Below are positions 58,120 to 64,000 of a DNA stretch of 64,000 bases, one piece after another. The stretch comes from Acidobacteriota bacterium. Lineage in GTDB: Bacteria; Acidobacteriota; Vicinamibacteria; Vicinamibacterales; 2-12-FULL-66-21. How positions within the stretch are numbered: position 1 is the first letter of the stretch; every line of letters begins with the position of its first letter. Below the pieces are notes generated by a model. That model was not told the origin of the DNA. It saw only the letters and a program-made list of their open reading frames with translations, and did not search any database. The stretch is taken from assembly GCA_013813355.1 (NCBI GenBank), contig JACCRT010000015.1, positions 1,328-65,327 on the forward strand, given 5' to 3'. The position numbers and the translations under genes were made by a program.

Positions 58120-58213
58120 AACAGGAGATCAGGAGGTCAGGAGATCGTCGTTATCCAGAAGATTGGTATCCAGGAAAAACCCCATCAGTCTCCTGATCTC
58201 TTGATCTCCTGTT
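58120..58213. repeat. long hairpin built from CAGGAGRT octads (26-bp stem, 42-nt loop) between convergent genes
   Basis: The left arm AACAGGAGATCAGGAGGTCAGGAGAT (58120-58145) pairs with GTCTCCTGATCTCTTGATCTCCTGTT (58188-58213), using 3 G-U pairs. Confidence 0.85.
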
Positions 58214-58308
58214 AACACTGACAAGCAGCCGGAGTGAGAAACCATGCCGTATGTCTCTGCGGCGGCCGAACGACACCGTCCATGTGCACTGCCGCCCTGG
58301 CGGAACCA

Positions 58309-59631
58309 TCACCGGTCCATTGGCACGCGGTTGCCCGCGATCCACACGGACTCGATCGTCCGCGTATGCCGGATGTCCTCCAGCGGATTACGCGAGAGGA
58401 CGACGAAGTCAGCGGCGCGGTCGGCTTCGAGGGTGCCGAGCCGGTCGGCGAGCCCCATACAGGCCGCTGCCGTGCCGGTGCCGGCAAGAAGCGCCTGTGC
58501 CGGCGTCAGACCTGCACGCATGAGTTCTTCCAGCTCCAGGTGCTCGAAGTAGCCCTGGAATCGCGCGGGCGGACCCGAGTCGGTGCCGGACGCGATCCGC
58601 ACGCCAGCGTCGTGCAGCGCCTTGACGTTGCGCCGCGCCACCTCCAGCCCTTTCTTGTAGGCCTGCGCCGCGCGGCTCTTCGCCGTCGACGCCTGCCGCG
58701 TCGGATCCTCCAGCGCGGCGATGACCTGTGGATCGACCTCTCGCGTGAAGAACGGGTCGTCGAAGAACGAGGGACGCGATTCGTACACGAATGTCGAGAC
58801 CTCGCGCATGAGGGTCGGTGACAGGCACACGTCGCGCGCCTTCATCAGGTCGATCAACTCCTGGTCCACCGGACGATCGCGGACGCTGTGCGCCAGCAGG
58901 TCCGCCCCCGCGCGGAGCAGTTCCATGGCGTCAGCGAGGTAGAACATGTGTGCCGCGACCCGCAGCTTGTGCCCGTGCGCCTCCTCGATGACCGCGCGGT
59001 ACACCTCAGGCGCCATCTTCGTCGTCGCCCCAAGGTTGTCGTCCACCCTGATCTTGATCCAGTCCGGCTTCAGCGCCGCGACCTCGCGCACGGCGCGCCT
59101 GGCCTCGTCGGGTGACTTCGCGGTTACGACCGGCCCCGCGACGAACACCCGCGCGCGATCGAGATCCGGGGCCTCGTTCGCGCGGCGCATGGCGAAGCCC
59201 GGCTCGCGGTCATCCCCCAGGCTGACGACCGTGGTGATGCCGTAGCGAGCGTTGAGCGCCAGTTGCCGGCGTACGTTGGCCTCGGTGTTCACGGCGGCGC
59301 CGCTCTCGAGGCCGGCCGCTGACCCGACGTGCCCGTGCGCGTTGATCAGCCCGGGCATGATGAATCGGCCGCTCACGTCCACGCGCTCGGCGCCCGCGGG
59401 GATGGTGGTCGTCGCGGCAGGGCCAGCCGAAACGACGCGGCCCGACCTGACGATGAGAACAGCATCCGGGAGAGGCGTCGCGGCGGCGCCATCAAACAGC
59501 GTAGCCCCCACGAAGGCGCGAGTCGCATCAGCCTGGGGCGCTGGCGCCCGGGTGGGCCATGCGAACGGGGAGGCGGCGAGCAGCGCCGACAGCCCGACAG
59601 CCATGCCGAGCGGAAGAGATGTGTGGTTCAC
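58309..59631 (-). CDS. exported amidohydrolase-family protein
   Basis: Signal peptide and metal-binding GLINAHGHVG (H-x-H). GTG start with GGAGGG Shine-Dalgarno. TTGACA-N18-TACGGT promoter at 59654-59683. Confidence 0.8.
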   Translation of the reverse strand: MNHTSLPLGMAVGLSALLAASPFAWPTRAPAPQADATRAFVGATLFDGAAATPLPDAVLIVRSGRVVSAGPAATTTIPAGAERVDVSGRFIMPGLINAHGHVGSAAGLESGAAVNTEANVRRQLALNARYGITTVVSLGDDREPGFAMRRANEAPDLDRARVFVAGPVVTAKSPDEARRAVREVAALKPDWIKIRVDDNLGATTKMAPEVYRAVIEEAHGHKLRVAAHMFYLADAMELLRAGADLLAHSVRDRPVDQELIDLMKARDVCLSPTLMREVSTFVYESRPSFFDDPFFTREVDPQVIAALEDPTRQASTAKSRAAQAYKKGLEVARRNVKALHDAGVRIASGTDSGPPARFQGYFEHLELEELMRAGLTPAQALLAGTGTAAACMGLADRLGTLEADRAADFVVLSRNPLEDIRHTRTIESVWIAGNRVPMDR

Positions 59632-59812
59632 GATGCCCTCCGCGTGTACCGTATGACCGGCGCTCTCAGGCTGTCAAGCGCTCTGGCCGGGGGGCACGCG
59701 AACGCGGTCAGCCACTGCGGCCGCGAAAGACCCGTGGGTTACGGAGAACAAGCCGGGCCGTCACGAGCACCCGCGGGCAAACCTGCGCCCGTGCCGCACC
59801 GTCTAAGCACAC

Positions 59813-60445
59813 ATGAACCCGCACCTGTTCCGCCGCCTCTTCGGCTTCTACGTCTTCCTGCTCGTCTTCACCGTCTCTCCGGCCGCCCAGCAGAAGCATG
59901 TGCCGGCGGAGACAACCCGGTTGATAGAGCGGCTGAAGCTGGGGCCGAACAGCACCGTGGCGGATGTCGGCGCCGGCGAAGGGGAGATGACAGCCGAACT
60001 CTCCCGCCAGCTCGACCCTGACGCCCGCATCTACAGCACGGACGTCAACGAGAAGACGCTGGCGGAGCTCCACGATCTGGTCGTGCGGCAGAAGCTCGGC
60101 AACGTCATCGTGCAGGCGGGGGCGTTCGAGGCGACGAACCTCCCGGAGGCGTGCTGTGACGCCATCTTCGTCCGGCGCGTGTATCACCACTTCGGGAACC
60201 CGGAGGTGATGAACGCCAGCATCCTGCGCACGCTGAAACCCGGCGGACGGTTCGCCGTCATGGACTTTCCCCCGAAAAAGCCCGTTGCGGGCCGGGTGCC
60301 GCCGGAACAGCGCGCCTCCGGAGACACTCACGGCGTGACCGCCCAGACGGTCGTCCAGGAACTCGAAACGGCAGGCTTCCGGATCGTCGAGGTCATCCGC
60401 GACTGGCCTGGCGGCCTCTTCATGGTGCTGGCGGAACGCCCCTGA
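59813..60445 (+). CDS. class I SAM-dependent methyltransferase with N-terminal signal/anchor
   Basis: Motif I VADVGAGEGEM. Hydrophobic N-terminus FGFYVFLLVFTVSPAAQ. Confidence 0.8.
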   Translation: MNPHLFRRLFGFYVFLLVFTVSPAAQQKHVPAETTRLIERLKLGPNSTVADVGAGEGEMTAELSRQLDPDARIYSTDVNEKTLAELHDLVVRQKLGNVIVQAGAFEATNLPEACCDAIFVRRVYHHFGNPEVMNASILRTLKPGGRFAVMDFPPKKPVAGRVPPEQRASGDTHGVTAQTVVQELETAGFRIVEVIRDWPGGLFMVLAERP

Positions 60446-60469
60446 GGGTCCGGTCAGGCCCACGCATTC

Positions 60470-60478
60470 TGGTAATAT
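60470..60478 (+). promoter_or_regulatory. extended -10 TGGTAATAT placed 6 nt before ATG 60485 (leaderless-type)
   Basis: TG at 60470-60471, TAATAT at 60473-60478, then CGCGGG and ATG. Confidence 0.5.
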
Positions 60479-60484
60479 CGCGGG

Positions 60485-61264
60485 ATGCTCAAGGTGACGG
60501 CCGTTGCACTTCTCGCCATTCTCTCGCTTTCGCCGCCGCAGTCACGAGATGCCGAGATCGAGGCGCTCAAGCGCGAGGTCGCGGCGCTCAGAGCACAGCA
60601 GGAAGGGATGGCCCGCGATCTCCAGGCCATCAAGCAGCTCCTGCAATCCCTCATGCAACCGGCGCCTTCGCCGGGCAACGAAATGCCGGGCCTTGTCGGC
60701 GCATCGATCGCGCCATCCCAGCGCGCACCGCTCGGTGCCGCGTCCGCGCGGGTGATGATTCTCGAGATCTCCGACTACCACTGCGGTTTCTGCCGCCGCC
60801 ACACGCAGCAGACGTTTCCACGAATCTACGAGCAGTACGTGAAAACGGGGCAGGCGCAGTACGGCTTCGTGGACTTCCCGATCACGCAGGCGCCCCAGGT
60901 CGGCTTCAAGCCCCACGAGGCGGCCCTGTGCGCCGGCGAGCAGGGTAAAGCGTGGGAAATGCACACGCAGCTGTTCGGAGGCTCCCCCGCGAGCACCACC
61001 GAGGCGCTCGTGGCCAAGGCGTCAGCGATTGGTCTGAACACATCAGCGTTTACGACGTGCCTGAATAGCGGCAAGTACACAGCCGCCATCCAGGAGAGCG
61101 TCGGCGCCGTGCAGCGCCTCGGTGTCGGCGGTACGCCGATGACGCTCATCGGCTTGACGCCCGAGCCCGGGCAGCCTATGAAGGTCGCAAAGTTCGTGTA
61201 CGGCGCCCACCCGTTCGAAGCCTTCAAGGAGGCGATCGACGAGGTCCTGGCCGAAGCGCGGTGA
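60485..61264 (+). CDS. DsbA-family thiol:disulfide oxidoreductase (exported, coiled-coil N-terminal part)
   Basis: Thioredoxin-fold active site CGFC and a signal-like N-terminus. Confidence 0.85.
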   Translation: MLKVTAVALLAILSLSPPQSRDAEIEALKREVAALRAQQEGMARDLQAIKQLLQSLMQPAPSPGNEMPGLVGASIAPSQRAPLGAASARVMILEISDYHCGFCRRHTQQTFPRIYEQYVKTGQAQYGFVDFPITQAPQVGFKPHEAALCAGEQGKAWEMHTQLFGGSPASTTEALVAKASAIGLNTSAFTTCLNSGKYTAAIQESVGAVQRLGVGGTPMTLIGLTPEPGQPMKVAKFVYGAHPFEAFKEAIDEVLAEAR

Positions 61265-61524
61265 CTCTGGGCTCGTCGAAGCGCAGCCACTGGGGCTTAC
61301 AAGAGATCAGGAGTTCAGGAGCTTTCTTTTTTCTGAGTCTCGATTAGAAGTCCTCCAAAGTTCGTGTACGGCGCCCACCCGTTCGAAGCCTTCAAGGAGG
61401 CGATCGACGAGGTCCTGGCCGAAGCGCGGTGACTCTGGGCTCGTCGAAGGGCAGCCACTGGGGCTTACAAGAGATCAGGAGTTTAGGAGCTTTCTTTTTT
61501 CTGAGTCTCGATTAGAAGTCCTCC
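61189..61524. repeat. tandem duplication, 2 x 168 bp (61189-61356 and 61357-61524), with 2 mismatches seen
   Basis: Direct comparison shows differences only at GAAGCGCAG vs GAAGGGCAG and GAGTTCAGG vs GAGTTTAGG. Copy 1 starts inside the DsbA-like gene, and copy 2 ends inside the last codons of the radical SAM gene. Confidence 0.9.
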
Positions 61525-62666
61525 TGATCTCCTGATCTCCTGATCTCCTGTAAAGACACCCGCCGCGAGCCGGGCAGAAATGGCGACGAGGCGATCTGGC
61601 CGTCGAAGCGATCAGCCCACCGGCCGGGGATAGTCGTCCCGCAGTCCGGGCATGCGCCTCCAGGCGTCAGCCGGTAATCCTGGACGAAGTAGCCGTAGCG
61701 CTCGACGAGCCGGGCCCGGCAGTGGTGGCAGTGCGTGTGTTCCAGGTCCCCAACCTGCCCGGGGAGGTTGCCGGCATAGACATAGCGCAACCCGTTCCTC
61801 TGGCCGATCTCCGCTGCACGGACGAGCATGTCGGGCGTGGTATTCTCCGGGTCGTTCATCCGGTAGTCCTTGTGAAAGGCCGTGACGTGCCAGGGGATGT
61901 CGGGTGACACGCCCGCGACGAAGGCCGTCATGCGCTCGATCTCATCGGCCGAATCGTTGAACCCCGGGATGAGCAGCGTCACGAGCTCCAGCCAGATGCC
62001 CATCTCGTGCAGCGCGCGGATGGTGTAGAGGATCGGCTCCAGCCGTCCGCCGAGCGACCGGTAATGCCGATCGTCGAAGCTCTTGAGATCCACCTTGTAG
62101 AGGTCAACCCACGGCTGGATGTACTCGAGCACCCGCGCCGTACCGTTGCCGTTCGACACGTACGCCGTCATCAAGCCTGCCGCGCGCGCCTCCTTGAAGA
62201 TCGCCACCCCCCATTCACTGGTTATGAGCGGCTCGTTGTAAGTGGACACGACGATGCGGCTGCCGAGGCGGAGGGCTTCAGCGACGAGCGCCGCGGGATC
62301 GGCGTCGAGCGGCGGAGAGACCGCGTGCGGGTCGCGCAACGCCTGCGACGTGACCCAGTTCTGGCAGTAGGAACAATGGAGGTCGCAGCCCAGCATCCCG
62401 AAGCTGAAGGCGAGCGCGCCCGGACGCGCGTGAAAGAACGGCTTCTTTTCGACCGGATCGCACTGCACGCCGCCCACGTAGCCCCAGGGGACCTGGAGCG
62501 TGCCGCCGCGATTGAACCGCACCCTGCAGACGCCCACCGCGCCATCGGGAATGGGACACTCGTGCCCGCACGCATAGCACCGGAGGCGGTCCTTCGAGAT
62601 CGCCTCGACGAGCTCCGCCGCCGCCGGGACGGTGCGAGCTTGGAGGATATCGGACAGCGTCGGCAT
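61512..62666 (-). CDS. AmmeMemoRadiSam-system-type radical SAM enzyme
   Basis: CDLHCSYCQNW (CxxxCxxC), N-terminal Cys cluster RCYACGHECPIPDGAVGVCRVR, and C-terminal CPDCGTTIPGRW. Confidence 0.8.
   Translation of the reverse strand: MPTLSDILQARTVPAAAELVEAISKDRLRCYACGHECPIPDGAVGVCRVRFNRGGTLQVPWGYVGGVQCDPVEKKPFFHARPGALAFSFGMLGCDLHCSYCQNWVTSQALRDPHAVSPPLDADPAALVAEALRLGSRIVVSTYNEPLITSEWGVAIFKEARAAGLMTAYVSNGNGTARVLEYIQPWVDLYKVDLKSFDDRHYRSLGGRLEPILYTIRALHEMGIWLELVTLLIPGFNDSADEIERMTAFVAGVSPDIPWHVTAFHKDYRMNDPENTTPDMLVRAAEIGQRNGLRYVYAGNLPGQVGDLEHTHCHHCRARLVERYGYFVQDYRLTPGGACPDCGTTIPGRWADRFDGQIASSPFLPGSRRVSLQEIRRSGDQEDF
61521..61551. repeat. octanucleotide tandem array (CTCCTGAT)x3 CTCCTGT
   Basis: Read directly. 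It is complementary to the GAGATCAGGAGTTCAGGAG arms at 61303-61321 and 61471-61489, and it encodes the C-terminal tail of the radical SAM ORF. Confidence 0.9.
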
Positions 62667-62759
62667 ATCTCTCTGTCGATCGTGTGGCTTCTCCGCGTGC
62701 CTCTGTGGTGAAAATCTCCGCTTCCTCCGCCACCTCCGTGACCTCTGCCCGGGCAGGCG

Positions 62760-63131
62760 TCAATACCGGGCGGGCGACTCTCCAATCCCGATGATGCTGC
62801 ACGCCTGGATTGTCTCGAGGCCCAGCTCACGCGCCCGGGCGACCACCTCGTCGTCGTCGGCGCCCGGGTTGAGCCAGACCTCGCCGACTCCCTTTGTCGC
62901 GAGCTCTTCCATCGCCTTCAGCCCGACGTGCGCCGGCACGTACACCGTGGCTATGTCGATGTTGCCCGGCACGTCAGTCACCGACGCGTAAGTGCGGTGC
63001 CCTTCCACCTCTGGAACGTTTGGGTTGATGGGGATCACCGTGTACCCCTGCTTCTCGAACGCGCGCAGCGCCTTGTTCCCGAACTTGCTGCGATTCCTCG
63101 ATGCGCCGATCACCGCCACGGTCTTCTCCAT
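62760..63131 (-). CDS. CoA-binding domain protein (YccU-like)
   Basis: MEKTVAVIGASRNRSKFGN motif. The ATG 63131 start is preferred because TATGAT (63143-63138) lies 6 nt upstream. A GTG at 63149 is the alternative. Confidence 0.8.
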   Translation of the reverse strand: MEKTVAVIGASRNRSKFGNKALRAFEKQGYTVIPINPNVPEVEGHRTYASVTDVPGNIDIATVYVPAHVGLKAMEELATKGVGEVWLNPGADDDEVVARARELGLETIQACSIIGIGESPARY

Positions 63132-63189
63132 GGCTCGATCATAAGGCACCGAGTCGCACGGACTCAGACAAACACGATTTTCAGGTGAT

Positions 63190-63219
63190 TTGACACGGTT
63201 TACGAGCTCTGCCTATACT
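63190..63219 (+). promoter_or_regulatory. sigma70-type promoter TTGACA-N18-TATACT upstream of rho (about 115-nt leader)
   Basis: TTGACA at 63190-63195 and TATACT at 63214-63219. Confidence 0.55.
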
Positions 63220-63340
63220 CATGGCACACGTTAGGCTGGCATCTCCTCGGACCGCACGCGAGCCTTGGGCATCGGCACTCCCCCCGCACGACCACGTTCA
63301 GCCCTGTATAACAGCCTCAACGACAGCACCCTCACCAGCC

Positions 63341-64000
63341 ATGGCACCCAGACGTACCGCCGCGCGCGCGTCCGCCGACGAGGCGACCGCCAGTCCACTC
63401 GACACCTCCGACCCGCAAGCCGTCGCGACAGAGGATCCTCCGACCGCCGGTGAGATCGCGAGTCCGCCGGGCGCGAGTGCAACCGGCCGGGAGAGAGGCC
63501 TGAACATCAACGACATGAAAGATATGTCGATCCAGAAGCTCACGCAGGCCGCCAAGGATCTCAACGTCGAAGGGGCCACCGGCATGCGCAAGCAGGATCT
63601 GATCTTCCGGATCCTCAGGGCCCAGACCGAGCAGAGCGGCTTCATCTTCTCGGAAGGCGTGCTCGAGGTGCTGGCCGACGGCTTTGGCTTCCTCCGCGCC
63701 CCCGGCTACAACTACCTGCCGGGACCGGACGACATCTACGTCTCGCCGTCACAGATCCGAAAATTCGACCTGCACACCGGCGACACGGTGTCCGGGCAGA
63801 TCCGGTCGCCAAAGGAGGGTGAACGCTATTTCGCGCTCATCAAGGTCGAGGCGGTCAACTTCGAGTCGCCGGACCGCGCGCGCGAGAAGCTGTTCTTCGA
63901 AAACCTCACGCCGCTCTACCCCCAGGAGCGGTTCGTGCTCGAGACGACGCCAGATTCCCTTGCGGGCCGGGTCCTCGACTTGATGGCACCCGTCGGCAAG
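63341..64000 (+). CDS. rho: transcription termination factor Rho, 5' part (runs off the window), with an Ala/Pro/Thr-rich N-terminal extension
   Basis: The frame is open from ATG 63341 to the window end. It contains MKDMSIQKLTQAAKDLNVEG, GVLEVLADGFGFLRAPGYNYLPGPDDIYVSPSQIRKFDL and ERYFALIKVEAVN, which are the Rho N-terminal and RNA-binding domains. It is absent from the ORF track because no stop codon is reached. Confidence 0.9.
   Translation, partial: MAPRRTAARASADEATASPLDTSDPQAVATEDPPTAGEIASPPGASATGRERGLNINDMKDMSIQKLTQAAKDLNVEGATGMRKQDLIFRILRAQTEQSGFIFSEGVLEVLADGFGFLRAPGYNYLPGPDDIYVSPSQIRKFDLHTGDTVSGQIRSPKEGERYFALIKVEAVNFESPDRAREKLFFENLTPLYPQERFVLETTPDSLAGRVLDLMAPVGK

Overview
High-GC bacterial chromosomal window. 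Every convincing gene has GC-rich third codon positions. The organism is a diderm, since a BamD lipoprotein is present. The protein families look Acidobacteriota-like, but that is inference only. I count about 60 protein genes and 1 tRNA, and I saw no rRNA, CRISPR, transposase, integrase or phage genes. Gene content is mostly housekeeping. (1) 786-3196 holds a sugar-nucleotide gene pair, followed by pgsA. (2) 3819-12210 is a long minus-strand run with overlapping stop/start codons: aroC-def-fmt-rsmB-PASTA-rpe-thioesterase-epimerase-bamD-exported protein. (3) 12338-17544 holds a 1093-aa sigma54-dependent activator followed by two ABC permeases. (4) 17582-24694 holds a TPR protein, an ECF sigma/anti-sigma pair, and two large exported proteins (a beta-propeller protein and a SpoIVB/S55-type peptidase). 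(5) 24978-35736 is an 11-gene aromatic supraoperon: aroD-aroE fusion, trpEGDCFBA, chorismate mutase, DAHP synthase, tyrA. (6) 35736-39319 holds acetoacetyl-CoA synthetase, thiolase and a JAMM protein. (7) The remainder holds pepA, amidase, ftsK, RNase J, rsmA, nth, lexA, recG, rsmD, coaD, an aminotransferase, a GlcD-like oxidase, periplasmic enzymes, an AmmeMemoRadiSam-type radical SAM enzyme, and the 5' part of rho. The most interesting signals are non-coding. First, a candidate leader-peptide attenuator (F-A-W-W-W-Y codons, with duplicated antiterminator/terminator arms and a T9 tract) sits in front of the aromatic supraoperon. Second, a 167-nt long-stem inverted-repeat element sits inside that operon. 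Third, a recurrent -10 hexamer-N6-ATG architecture suggests leaderless mRNAs. Fourth, there are two families of short tandem repeats in intergenic DNA (7-nt and 8-nt units, the latter forming long hairpins). Fifth, a 168-bp tandem duplication spans the 3' ends of two convergent genes. I found no clear novel multi-gene protein system. All functional calls rest on motif recognition by eye, and no database search was run.
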